Below are positions 33,081 through 45,640 of a stretch of 64,000 nucleotides of DNA, in pieces (position 1 is the first letter of the stretch; each line of letters opens with the position of its first letter). This DNA comes from Octopus vulgaris. Taxonomy: Eukaryota. Both the position numbers and the translations under genes were made by a program. The DNA lies in contig OX597823.1 of NCBI GenBank assembly GCA_951406725.2, forward strand, positions 117,800,001 through 117,864,000, in the 5' to 3' direction. Below the pieces are notes generated by a model. It was given only the letters and a program-made list of their open reading frames with translations. It was not told the DNA's origin and did not search any database.

Positions 33081-34684
33081 GTAAGTGGTGCTAATTGGCG
33101 GGTGGGTGCCTGACAAGGAAACAAGGGAGGGTCTTAGTGACAGTGAGCAGGGAAAAAAGAATGGGATACACACACACACACACATACATATGCTTTCCCC
33201 AGCCTACTGTCTCCACCACCAATCACCTCCTTGTGCCTTCTCTCCCCTGTGCTGATCTCACTTATCAGTTATTAACCCTCAATGCACTCATCTACTGCAA
33301 TCCCCTGCCCTCAAGCCTCTCCTAAATTTCTTTCCATCATTTGCTACAGCCACCTCAATCTTGCCCACTCGCCCAGTCCCTACTTCTATATCACCTCAAC
33401 TGTTCTCACCACCTCCAATGTCCCTCAAGGACATCTCCCAACACATCTTCACCATCAACAGTCCCACTATCACTCTCCTTATCTCACTTTTCTTTCTGTT
33501 CCAACTGCGGTAGTATATATGTATCTACTCTCCAGCAAGACACCCATCTCTGTCCTTCTGTGCCTTTAGTCTTCGAACTGGCATAAAGCCACATCCTCTC
33601 AGTACTTCCGCCTTCCAGTTGAGGGGATTTTGTCTTGCAAGATACTTGGTAACAATGTTGGTGCTGGTGCCACATAAGAAGCACTGGTACTGTTTCCATG
33701 TAAAAAGCACCCAGAACACTCTGTACAGTGGTTGGCATTTTCAAGAGCATTCAACCATGGAAACCAAGCCAAAAGAGACAATTGAGTCTGGTGCAGCTCT
33801 TGACTTTGCCAGCTCCAGTCAAACTGTCGAACCCATACCAGCATGGAAAATGGACATTAAAGAATGGTGGTGATGGTGGTGATGGTGATGATGGTGGTGG
33901 TGATGATGATGCACACATTCATACATAAATGTTGTTTAAATTCCATTAAAATAACCTTATTTCTGGGTTGCAAACCAGTTCTTTCTCTATTTGTAAGAGA
34001 TTAAAAGAAAGAAATAAATAAAAATAAAACCAAAACAGTATATATACATACCTAATCATAAGTTATAACTTTCTGGAAAATTTCTTACACAATGAATAAT
34101 TCTTATATTCCTTCTCAATTTCATAACACACGCACATACATGGACCAACCTACTACTACAGACACATGCAGAAACACAGACACAAAAGAAAATAGATATA
34201 ATCTGCTTTAACCTTCTTTATAGAGTAATATTTTGTTTTTCATTTGAGTTTAAATTTCAACAAAGGAAACCAAGATTATCAAAAAGCAACAACAGCAATA
34301 CTACAACCAACAAGAAACAGTAACTACTTCAAAGATAAGAAGCTATATGACAAAGAATACTTTCACTTCTTACTAAATATGAAATCTATGAAATGAAACT
34401 AGAATAAAACAGAGAAAACACTTGAGAGTTGGAATAAGTTTAGCATATCAGAAGGAAGAAGAAACAAAAAAAAAGACTTTCCACAGAATGATGGTTAAAG
34501 GGCAGCAAGGAGCAGGGAAGAGAATAGGAACAGTGGTTAAGGGCTGTAAGGAACAGGAAAGATGGGAAAGCTCAAAATGAAAACTATAAAAATAAACTTA
34601 AAATGAAAACTATAAAAATTAACAGCAAAGCCAAAATGAATAGCTAACGCATACTAGACACAAGCACAAAGCAAAAGCTAATAT

Positions 34685-34728
<44 letters not shown>

Positions 34729-35919
34729 ACATACATACACACACACAAGTTAATAGATCCCCACTGACTCCAACAATGAGTATTCTAGTTGTTCAATCAA
34801 CTGAAGTACTTCTTCATTCTGTCGTCATACAAACAGATGAGTATTCTAGATGGTGTCCTTCTAATGTAATCTTCAACCAAAAGTATGCTATAAGCATGAA
34901 GTAAGGTTGGCCCTTTCAGATACTGTTACAATCCATCTTGACAAGCTTCCGTACGGTTTCCACATCCTGAATTTTATTCACAAGGACTGTGCCAATTTGA
35001 GGTTATGCTAAAAGACACTTGTCCAAAACGCTAAGCAATAGGGTCTCAAACACAGGACCACAAGATTGTCAAGCAAATTTCTTAACCATTTGTGTGTGTG
35101 TGAATAGATAGATACAGACAGGCACACACATACGTACATACGCACACACATACAGGTACACACACACATGCATATTTACAAATATACATACTATCCAACC
35201 ATGCCAATTTTAAACAATATACTGAATGGAGACGAAAATATGAAAGTGCGTGTATATATGTATATATACTTGAGTGTATGTGTGCCTGCATGTGAAAGCA
35301 CACAAGTGCACGTGTTTCTGTGTGTATAGGATTAGGATGGATATTGTCATCTGGAGGGGATCTTTTTTTTCTACTTTACTTTTCAGTTGTATTCCACTAT
35401 AATACATATTTTCTTCTTCAGAACCACATAAAAAGCTGTCAATGAAAGGCAGGAGTGGAGGAATCAAACAATAATATTAATAACAATGGTAACAGCAATG
35501 GTGGTGATGATGATGATGATGATATTTTCACCATGGCAAGCAAAATGATTAAGTTGAAATAATCTTATCAGCACCACTTGACAAAACACAATAATTGGGT
35601 GACAGAGATTTCACCCTTAGCTTCTTTTCCATTCAGTTTTGATGTCTTAAGATGCTTCTTTTTATTATTATTATTAAACTTAGAGGTAGTGGAAGGGTAA
35701 GGATTTCTCATCATTTTCTCTTTTTTCCTCTAGTATATTTTTTTTTCCATTTCATTTCCTTTTGGTGGCTGACACCATGGTCAGGTGGTGGGGTTCAAAC
35801 TCAAGTTGAATAGATCATTCAAATCATCAGAAGATTAGATTTATGTTAACAAGTTACACACACATACAATAATAAACAAATATATACAAAATATACACAA
35901 GTGTGTGTGTATATTATAT

Positions 35920-35956
<37 letters not shown>

Positions 35957-36087
35957 CATTTATTATGCATACACATTTGTGCATACATATGACATTATGT
36001 TTGTTCATAAATATGTGCATATCAATAGGAATGTTTGAGTGAATATATTTTATGCATACTGCATATATGTATATATATATATATATT

Positions 36088-36130
<43 letters not shown>

Positions 36131-36980
36131 TTGCATACACATCCATATATTATTTGCATACACAGAGATTATATCTATACACACACACACACAGGCACAC
36201 TCACAAACAATAAAATACCTACACAAATATACATATTCCAGTTTATAGGTATGTATATACATGTGTGCCAGTGTTTAAAGGTTCTCATTGAAAATGTATT
36301 AAACTTTAGATTAAATCAGTGATCAAAATATAAAGAACCCCCACCCACCCACCCACCCACCTACCGTTTAAAGAAGGGAGGTCACTCATATATTTAAATA
36401 AATTTTTGCATTTTTCTATGCTTTGTTGTATGTGTGAGGTGACGGAGTGTAGTGGGGCAATGAAGTGTGCGTGTAGGAGGGTGAGAAAGATTCTGTATGC
36501 ATGGTGAGCTGTGTAAGAGAGATTCTATGTGCATGGCAACATGCATATTGCATAGATGCATATGACCATGGATGTTTGCAACAGTGCATCTGTGAATATG
36601 TGAGTCCGACCTTGTGTAATTGAACAGTGATGTGTGAATTTGCCCAAGTACATGTATGTCTGTGTCTATGTCCATTTGTGTGCATGTGTTTATAAGTGCC
36701 TCCTTCTGCATACATGTGTGTGCAGCATGGGAGTGCTTTAGCTACTTAAGTTCATGCCTCTCACCATGACCACCACCACCACCACCACCACCACCACCGC
36801 CCATATGCACAAAACAAAAAAGGGTTCAAAATGTCTCTGCTAATGACATTGAGTTGTGGCCTTAGGCAAGTTAGTTCACTTCGAAATCTGCTTCAGTGAA
36901 GGAGTAGATGTAAAGATTTGGAGAAGATAGAAATAAATGGTTGGTAGTGAGTGTAGATGGGGATAAAAGTCAAACTGGTT

Positions 36981-37017
<37 letters not shown>

Positions 37018-37079
37018 GGGAGACAGAGAGAGTGGGTGTGTGTAGAGTGAGAGAGAGAGAGTGTATTGAGAGAGAAAGA

Positions 37080-38400
37080 GTGTGTTTGGAGTGAGAGATG
37101 AGCGAGGGTGTGTGGAGTGAGAGATGAGCGAGTGTGTGTGGAGTGAGAGATGAGCGAGTGTGTGTGGAGTGAGAGATGAGCGAGTGTGTGTGGAGTGAGA
37201 GGTGAGCGAGTGTGTGTGGAGTGAGAGGTGAGCGAGAGTGTTTGGAGTGAGAGGTGAGCGAGAGTGTTTGGAGTGAGAGGTGAGCGAGAGTGTTTGGAGT
37301 GAGAGGTGAGCAAGAGTGTTTGGAGTGAGAGGTGAGCGAGTGTGTTTGGAGTGAGAGGTGAGCGAGTGTGTGTGGAGTGAGAGGTGAGCGAGTGTGTGTG
37401 GAGTGAGAGGTGAGCGAGTGTGTGTGGAGTGAGGGGTGAGCGAGAGTGTTTGGAGTGAGAGGTGAGCGAGAGTGTTTGGAGTGAGAGGTGAGGGTGAGTG
37501 AGAGTGTTTGGAGTGAGAGGTGAGCGAGAGTGTTTGGAGTGAGAGGTGAGCGAGTGTGTTTGGAGTGAGAGGTGAGCGAGAGTGTTTGGAGTGAGAGGTG
37601 AGCGAGAGTGTTTGGAGTGAGAGGTGAGCGAGAGTGTTTGGAGTGAGAGGTGAGCGAGTGTGTGTGGAGTGAGAGGTGAGCGAGAGTGTTTGGAGGGAGA
37701 GGTGAGCGAGTGTGTGTGGAGTGAGAGGTGAGCGAGTGTGTGTGGAGTGAGAGGTGAGCGTGTGTGTGTGTGGAGTGAGAGGTGAGCGAGAGTGTTTGGA
37801 GTGAGAGGTGAGCGAGTGTGTGTAGAGTGAGAGGTGAGCGAGAGTGTTTGGAGTGAGAGGTGAGCGAGAGTGTTTGGAGTGAGAGGTGAGCGAGTGTGTG
37901 TGGAGTGAGAGGTGAGCGAGAGTGTTTGGAGTGAGAGGTGAGCGAGAGTGTTTGGAGTGAGAGATGAGCGAGTGTATGTGGAGTGAGAGGTGAGCGAGTG
38001 TGTTTGGAGTGAGAGGTGAGCGAGTGTGTTTGGAGTGAGAGGTGAGCGAGAGTGTTTGGAGTGAGAGGTGAGCGAGTGTGTGTGGAGTGAGAGGTGAGCG
38101 AGAGTGTTTGGAGTGAGAGATGAGCAAGTGTGTGTGTGAAGTGAGAGATGAGTGAGTGTGTGTGGAGTGAGAGATGAGCAAGAGTGTTTGGAGTGAGAGA
38201 TGAGCAAGTGTGTGTGGAGTGAGAGATGAGCAAGTGTGTGTGGAGTGAGAGATGAGTGAGTGTGTGTGGAGTGAGAGATGAGTGAGTGTGTGTGGAGTGA
38301 GAGATGAGTGAGTGTGTGTGGAGTGAGAGATGAGTGAGTGTGTGTGGAGTGAGAGATGAGCGAGTGTGTGTGGAGTGAGAGATGAGTGTGTGGAGTGAGA
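37080..38400. repeat. 26-bp purine-rich minisatellite, ~50 units (GAGTGAGAGGTGAGCGAGTGTGTGTG and variants)
   Basis: Read directly; 26-bp period. Confidence 0.95.
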
Positions 38401-38534
38401 ATGAGAAAGAGAGAGAATATTTGTGTGTGAAGTGAGAGAAGGTGTGAGTGAAATGACAGAGAATGAGTATGGGGGGTTGAGAGTGAATGTGAATGGACTG
38501 AGAGAGAGAGTGTAGGTGGAGTGAGAGAGAGACT

Positions 38535-38972
38535 GTGGATGGAGAGAGAGAGAGAGAAAAAGATAGCATGGATGGGAGAGAGAAAGAAAGGGAGCATGGA
38601 TGGGTGAGAGAAAGGAAAAGAGCATGGATGGAGAGAGAGAGAGAGAGAGAGTATGAAGAGAGATGGCATGGATGGAGAGAGTATGAGTGGGAGAGAGAGC
38701 ATGAATGGAGTGAGAGAACATGGATGAAAAGAGAGAATATGGGTGGAGAGATAGAGCATAGATGGAGAGAGAGCATGGATGGAGAGAGAGAGAGCGTGGA
38801 TGGAGAGAGAGCATGGATGGAGAGAGAGAGAGCAATGGTGGAGTGAGAGAGAGCATGGATGGAGAGAGAGAGAGAGCATGGATGGAGAGAGAGATAGAGC
38901 ATGGATGGAGAGAGAGATAGAGCATGGATGGAGAGAGAGAGAGAGAACATGGATGGAGAGAGAGAGAGCATG

Positions 38973-39008
<36 letters not shown>

Positions 39009-39355
39009 TGGAGAGAGAGAGAGAGAGCATGGATGGAGAGAGAGAGAGCATGGATGGAGAGAGAGAGCATGGATGGAGAGAGAGCATGGATGGAGGAGAG
39101 AGAGCATGGATGGAGAGAGAGAGAGCATGGATGGAGAGAGAGAGAGCATGGATGGAGAGAGAGAGCATGGATGGAGAGAGAGAGCATGGATGGAGTGAGA
39201 GAGAGCATGGATGGAGTGAGAGAGAGCATGGATGGAGTGAGAGAGAGCATGGATGGAGAGAGAGAGAGAGCATGGATGGAGAGAAAGCATGGATGGAGAG
39301 AGAGAGAGAGAGCATGGATGGAGTGAGAGAGAGCATGGATGGAGTGAGAGAGAGA
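38535..39355. repeat. GAGCATGGATG(GA)n minisatellite, ~19-25-bp units
   Basis: Read directly from the sequence. Confidence 0.95.
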
Positions 39356-39466
39356 CAGGGGTGGATAAAGTGAAACAGAGAGAGGGTGTGGATAAAGTGA
39401 GAGAGAGTGGATGGAGTGAGAGAGTGTGAATAGGGTGAGAGAGAGAATGTGTGTAGAGTGAGAGAA

Positions 39467-39508
<42 letters not shown>

Positions 39509-39567
39509 GAGGAGGATAATTTGATATTACAAAAGTTTAGAAAATAATAGAGAAGCTTGAAACTTAC

Positions 39568-39614
39568 TTTCTCCGTAATAACTGTCTGAGAATGTGGTGG
39601 AGGTAGATCTGACT
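39568..39614 (-). CDS. RIC1: RIC1 coding exon (47 nt, phase 0 to 2)
   Basis: atattacAG / GTAAGT. SQIYLHHILRQLLRR matches RIC1 SQIYLHHILRQLLVR(NLG). Confidence 0.93.
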
Positions 39615-41076
39615 CTGTAATATATTGAAGAGAGAAGAGGTGAGAGAGAGAGAGAGAGAGAGAGAGTGGGAAAGAGACATACAGACAGGTGTGTTAGAAA
39701 CAGAGACAGGTACATTAGAGTTATACACACAGGTGAAAGAGAAAGAGATCATAGAGAGAGAATGTGCTGTAGACAGTCATTGAACATGCTAGACATAAGA
39801 GCGGTAGCTGAATATTTACTGCCTGAGCTGGATGTCCAGGATAAAATCGCAAGGTAGATATGCATTACAATTATAGAACAACTACAAGATGTTAAGGTAA
39901 GAAAAAAAGCTAATTACATTTGTTTATTACAAATAATTGTGAACATTTTATCGTTGTACAAACACTCAAGGTGAAAGAGTTAACCCAGTTAACCCCTTGA
40001 AGAATCACTACAGTTAAATGGAAGGTCTACAGGGAAATTAACGAGCACTGTTGTCAGGAATGTACCCCAAGTAAACCCAAAGATCAAGCTTTTAGTGTCA
40101 TCACAATACTACAAATAATAATGATCATAACAATAATAACTATGACAACGAAGCAAAGCTTTCATTACTAACATTAAGTTTGTCAATATTGGCAGCTGAC
40201 GATGCTGTTACTACAGTTAGCTATAGAGATAAACAGTGGCACACATTAACTGCTCACAATGAAGGAGAGGCATGAGGCCCTTAGCATTTCCATATTGAAT
40301 GATTAAAGAACAACATTAAAGGGACACAATGAGAATCAGTTATGTGTAAAGACTGAAAAGTTAGGCAACCAGCCTATACCACAATCATTCGATGTAGTTA
40401 GACAGTATTTGACTGAGCCAAAGCATGTTACTTTCTTGTTATTTCAGTGTTACAGTTTAGATGAGGGCTTTTTGGCTTTCTGAACTGGACTGAAGCATAG
40501 ATGAGACCTCACAAGTTGAATAGGAACAACTATTCCTAAAACCCCTATTCATAATGTAGTTCAAAGTAAATGGATGAAGGAAATGATATACATGATAACA
40601 ACTTTATTAACAGTAAAGAAAGGAAAGAATAAGTGGTGTTAGAAAGGTTTGTATAGAGCGTGGTGTGAGAAAACCCATCCACATAGTTTATATACAGTAA
40701 GAGTCTTTAGAGTGAGAAAGGAGACAGAAATTGTTCAAACGAATGCATATGCATATAGTTCTTGAAAAGACCAATGCTTGACGGAAAGCTTGTTTTGTGT
40801 CAGCTGCAAAACCTTTCAAGATGATTCCTATCGAGAGAATCCATTTGGATGAATACATGCAACAATTCAGAAAAAAAAAAATAAAATTCTCTTTGGTTCA
40901 GCATTTAAAAACTAAATGAAAGGAAAATTGGCTACATCTTCCAATATATGCATTCATAAGCTCCTTTTTTCTTTGTTTACGATAAAATTCCCTAAGATGC
41001 CCTTATTTGATTACTTGGAACTAGTGTTAAACACAGCTCTAGTTGAGCTCCAACTTTGAATGCACACTAATAATAT

Positions 41077-41449
41077 ACTCTTTTACTTGTTTCAGTCATT
41101 TGACTATGGCCATGCTGGAGTACCGCCTTTAGTCAAGCAAATCGACCCCAGGACTTATTCTTTGTAAGCCTAGTACTTATTCTATCAGACTCTTTTGCTG
41201 AACCGCTAAGTTACGGGGATGTAAACACACCAGCATCGGTTGTTAAGCAATGTTGGGTGGACGAACACAGAAACACACACACGCACACACATATACATAT
41301 ATACGACGGGCTTCTTTCAGTTTCCGTCTACCAAATCCACTCACAAGGCTTTGGTCGGCCCGAGGCTATAGTAGAAGACACTTGCCCAAGGTGCCATGCA
41401 GTGGGAATGAACTCGGCAAGCTACTTACCACACAGCCACTCCTGCGCCT
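41077..41449 (-). mobile_element. tRNA-derived SINE family 2, near full length (partial copies at 46700-46905, 48393-48540, 55590-55744)
   Basis: Head GGCGCAGGAGTGGCTGTGTGG, internal (TG)n, and a 3' tail homologous to the CR1-group LINE 3' ends. Confidence 0.85.
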
Positions 41450-41682
41450 ATGTAAACATTTTTCAAAAACAAATTTATTTTTTTATAAAATTGAGCCAGA
41501 TTTAGCATTGCTGCAGGTCAAATCCAGCCCATGGACTGTATGTGTGACACTCTTGAAACCACTTAACCAGGGTTTCTAAAGCAAACTGGGAACCATTCTT
41601 CAGAATAATTAATTCACTAAATGATAGATTCAATTATTTTTAGTTCAATGAACTGAGTACACTGTATAGTATGGATAGTAAA

Positions 41683-42856
41683 CTTGGGCACCAAACCGTT
41701 AATCCACTAATCATTAATTAACAAAGTTAACATTTTTGTTAACAATTTAACTTTTGAGTTAACTTTGGATATCATTGTCGGACTAATTAACTTCCATTAA
41801 CTTAAGTCTGCTAACCCAAAAATTTCATAAAAACCGGTAAATGGTTAAAGGTTTCTGTTATTTTCAGATTTTCAATACAGATGTAGAGTTTTAGCATATT
41901 TAATAATGTACGCATCACTCTTTCAACCCCCAATATAATGCCACTTGTTATTATAAATAACTTTTCAATTAAACTTGGAATTCTGAGTTCAAAATGATAT
42001 TTCATGTATTCGATGTTCAAGCAATTATTTTCTATTAATAGATCAGATAAAGTTTCTTTAATAAACAAACAAGACATTGCAGCATAGCATGCAATGCTGC
42101 GCTATGTATAGAAAGAAGTGTCAGCAAGAAGAGGATTCACTTCACTCTGAAGAGTTACTATGGTTACAACGTATCTGTTATTATAGTGATACCATTCATG
42201 CTAATTGAAAGAAAATAAATAAGTCGAGTTTCATTATTATAATACATTAAACACTTGTGTACATTCCTTTGATATTCTAGTACTTTCCTTAGCCAAATTA
42301 CATTATTGATATTGCAAGATCCAATTTGGTAATTAGCCACATGTTCTTTAATAGTTTCAGATATTTATATTAAGATTTTAGTTGATGGCATCTCAAAAAC
42401 TTGAATCTGTTGACATCGTCAACTCTAAAAGCCTTTAAAAGTCTTTGACTCTAAAAGCCTTTAAAAACCTAAAGAAGTACCAAAACTATGAAATCAGACT
42501 TTTTTAGGTCTTTTAAAAGTTAAAACTATAAAGTCAGCATTCTTTAACTTTAAAGCAAAAAAAAACTACAGTTTTTGGGTTCTAAAGCTCTTAAAAAGAG
42601 CCCAAAAATGCTGATTTTATAGTTTTGGCACTTTTTAAAGGGATTTTTAAGTTATTTAGAGCAAAAATGAGTTTTTTTGTTTTTTCTATAATAAAAATTA
42701 ACGGTTTAAAAATAACTTCCATTACATTTTTAAAGAATTAACTGATTAATGGTTATCAAAGTTAACTTTTTGGTTAATGAATTAACAGTTAACAAAGTTA
42801 ACTTTTCGATTAACAGTTAACAAAGTTAACTTTTCGATTAACGGTGCTAACGGTGA
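41683..42856. mobile_element. Non-autonomous DNA transposon-like element with subterminal AAAGTTAAC repeats and a nested foldback
   Basis: Ends read GCACC..GTTAATC / GATTAACGGTGC, with clustered GTTAAC repeats at both ends. Internal inverted arms at 42473-42518 / 42590-42636. Confidence 0.55.
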
Positions 42857-43609
42857 ACAGAAGCGTCTGATCCAGGAACCGGCGGCTTCAACCCGTCCTG
42901 TCCCTGCGTCTGTGGAAAATCTACGGCAAACAAGACATCCTCCCAATACGGATATACTTACGGCTGGGGGCCGCTAGCGACCTTCCTATTCCAAAGATCC
43001 TTCAAACATTCCTCATTTACATCTCACCTTTTGTATTCAATCATAAAGTATGACACCTTGAAAAAGTGTCTTCTGCCATAGACTCAGATCAGCCAAAACC
43101 TAGGACATTAAATTTGGTAAATGAAAACAGTGTTGAAACGCATATCAGAGAAATCCTTTCTGTTTTGTGTAGTACATTTAAACCTCCTCTTCATGGCTCG
43201 GCTTTGTGAACGAAGATCAGGAAGGCTGTCCACGTTGCGTGCATGCATGCTCATGACTGACAAGTCCAATATAGGAAAGGCAGGTCCGTGAGAAGTGCCC
43301 ACAAACAAAGGGGGGAGTGCCACATCTCAGGCTCAGTCCAGATCAACTGGTTTGAGAGAACCTCTTGTCAGTACATTTAAACCATCACTTGCTTAACACC
43401 ATTATCTAACCTTCGGCTGCCTCAAGTGGAGTCCAAGTGTTGCAAGCATTTGGACTCCACTTCTCCAGCCTAATGTTAATTTTCTACATTTCTCTCACAT
43501 GTCTCAGAGTCCCTGTAAAAGTGTTGTAAAACCATTCGGAAAAGTGAAAAATATAAACGCACAGAAGGGGAACAACAAGAGATGCATATGATGAACATAT
43601 ATAACTTAC

Positions 43610-43728
43610 AGTTCGGTCCAGCATCAAATATGGTAAATCAGATGGTAGATGTCGGTTGAGGGTAGCAAAGGTGTATGATATCGTCTCACTAGCAGTACCC
43701 AGGATTACAGCATCTTCAAATAACACAG
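43610..43728 (-). CDS. RIC1: RIC1 coding exon (119 nt, phase 1 to 0)
   Basis: atatcatttcAG / GTAAGT. (A)VLFEDAVILGTASETISYTFATLNRHLPSDLPYLMLDRT resembles RIC1 AVLFEDALVLGAVNDT...ERT. Confidence 0.93.
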
Positions 43729-43838
43729 CTGAAATGATATAGCCACACATACATACAACCATTACAAAGTCATAGGTTGAAAGGTTGTAGATGGTAACAT
43801 GTGGGAGGTGGGTGAATGTGTGTGCGTAGGTGAGTGCA

Positions 43839-44033
43839 CATGCATGAGTGTCAGTATGAGTGTACATGAATGTAGACATGCATGAGTGTCAGTATGAGTG
43901 TACATGAATGTAGACATGCATGAGTGTCAGTATGAGTGTACATGAATGTAGACATGCATGAGTGTCAGTATGAGTGTACATGAATGTAGACATGCATGAG
44001 TGTCAGTATGAGTGTACATGAATGTAGACATGC
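43839..44033. repeat. Perfect 38-bp tandem repeat, five copies (CATGCATGAGTGTCAGTATGAGTGTACATGAATGTAGA)
   Basis: Read directly from the sequence. Confidence 0.97.
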
Positions 44034-44175
44034 TTGCATGTCAATGAACATAGACAAGTGAGATTAACTTTGCTGAGTACACTTATATGACACTTTGTGC
44101 AATTGTGTGATGATGATCGTGTGCATGTGTGTTTATTTGCCTCACTCTGATATATATTGTGTTCTTAGAACGCAT

Positions 44176-44406
44176 AGGCGGCGAGCTGGCAGAAACGTTA
44201 GAGCACCGGGCAAAATGCTTAGCAGTATTTTGTCTGCCGTTACGTTCTGAGTTCAAATTCTGCCATGGTCAACTTTGCCTTTCATCCTTTCGGGGTCGAT
44301 AAATAAAGTACCAGTTTTGCACTGGGATCGATGTAATCAACTTAATCCCTTTGTCTGTCCTTGTTTGTCCCCTCTATGTTTAGCCCCTTGAGGGTAGTAA
44401 AGAAAT
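44176..44406 (+). mobile_element. tRNA-derived SINE family 1
   Basis: GGCGGCGAGCTGGCAGAA...GAGTTCAAATTC. ATATATTGTGTTCTTAGAAC occurs on both flanks (44151 and 44407), resembling a target-site duplication. Confidence 0.85.
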
Positions 44407-44817
44407 ATATATTGTGTTCTTAGAACACAGTGTCTTTGAAGAGATTTTATCTCAGATAAAAACCACAACATCATGTCTTTCAGTGGTGTATATACATTTA
44501 GTATGATATGCAGATGGAAATGTTAATTGAACACCATTTCAGCTGCATTCACCAAGTAGTTTGCAGCTCAGCTTTCCATAAAACTTGCGAATGTATTATG
44601 CACTGTTTCCTGTGGATATCAAAACATGAATTTCATTTTATTTAGTAATAAACAGGTGCACAGCATTGACAAACCCCAAGCAGAGCAAAAAACACATCTG
44701 TTGTTCTCATGAGTCACTGCTGCAACAGTTTTCATCTTGCTCCAATATATATTGTATTTTCAACACAATGTGGTCGTTATATAACCACCACCATCATCAT
44801 CACCATCAGCAACAACA

Positions 44818-45105
44818 GTGGAGGTGCAATGGCCCAATGGTTAGGGCAGCGGACTCGCGGTTGGAGTTTATTGAGCGAAAACACCTAAAGCTCCATGAGG
44901 CTCTGGCAGGGGGTGGTAGTGTATTCTTTCTTCCTGCTTCTTGTCCCCGACTTCCTATGCAACCGCTGAGCCTGGATGCGCATTCATCCATCCGTCGATG
45001 CTTTCGGTGTCGGGGGTTGACCTGCTTTCTCTTCTGCGGGTCTTATGAATAGCAAAGGACCATGTTTTGGACTTCTCCCACAAGGGATGAAGATCGCTTC
45101 ACTCA
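44818..45105 (+). mobile_element. tRNA(Arg)-like SINE family 3, body type a
   Basis: Head GTGGAGGTGCAATGGCCCAATGGTTAGGGCAGCGGACTCGCG. Shares the head and TTTATTGAGCGAAAACACCTAAAGCTCC with 51730-52040. Confidence 0.75.
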
Positions 45106-45543
45106 ACAAACAAAGATACAAACAAATATCAGCAACAACAACAACATTTATCATCCAACTTCCATACTGGCATGCTTTGGACGGTTTGACAGGAGCCAAT
45201 GATATATACATACACTACAGGAAAAAATTACAGTTTACTACTGTTGGTGGTTAGAGATTATATGCAGCAACTGCTTCATTGCCAAAACATACTAAGCTTC
45301 AATGATGCCAGTCGGAAAATAGCATCCAGAGAGGAATGATTATTTCAACAACAATAAATCTACAGAATATATGCCTTCCTACCACCATCCAGGTTTCTGC
45401 AGTTATCCTTTCAACCTTCATTCCTAAAGCTATCAGGTTCACTTTCTGTGTCTCTCCTTTGTAATTTTAGTTGGTGTGTAAAGATTAAGTGCCTGTAGAT
45501 AATTACAGAAAATAAAATGAAATGGAAATCAGAACACACTTAC

Positions 45544-45640
45544 CCAAGGGATAAATGTCCACTTTAAATGGTAACATTATTCTTTTTGACATGAAATTGT
45601 GTGTTTTCCCTTCATCCCTAGGAAACAGAGGTAACCAGAC
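45544..45640 (-). CDS. RIC1: RIC1 coding exon (97 nt, phase 0 to 1)
   Basis: tattttcaAG / [38 protein letters not shown] resembles RIC1 [32 protein letters not shown]. Confidence 0.95.

Noticed and set aside
33200-33530. Possible Penelope GIY-YIG remnant (NALIYC), also purine-rich blocks at 49010-49430 and 61200-61600
   Set aside because: The match is too short to support without a profile search.
36876-39373. ~800-aa ORFs rich in S/H/L/T in all three minus frames, and MERE-repeat ORFs
   Set aside because: Minisatellite translations, open in every frame.
42140-42180. CTGAAGA-GTTAC-TATG-GTTAC motif, and similar partial motifs at 31626-31655, 35800-35830 and 41565-41603
   Set aside because: Each lacks GAAA, C3 or paired stems, so they are too degenerate to call.
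42954-42972. ATACTTAC...GGGG resembling the U1 snRNA 5' end
   Set aside because: The similarity stops after about 8 nt, with no U1 stem-loops or Sm site.
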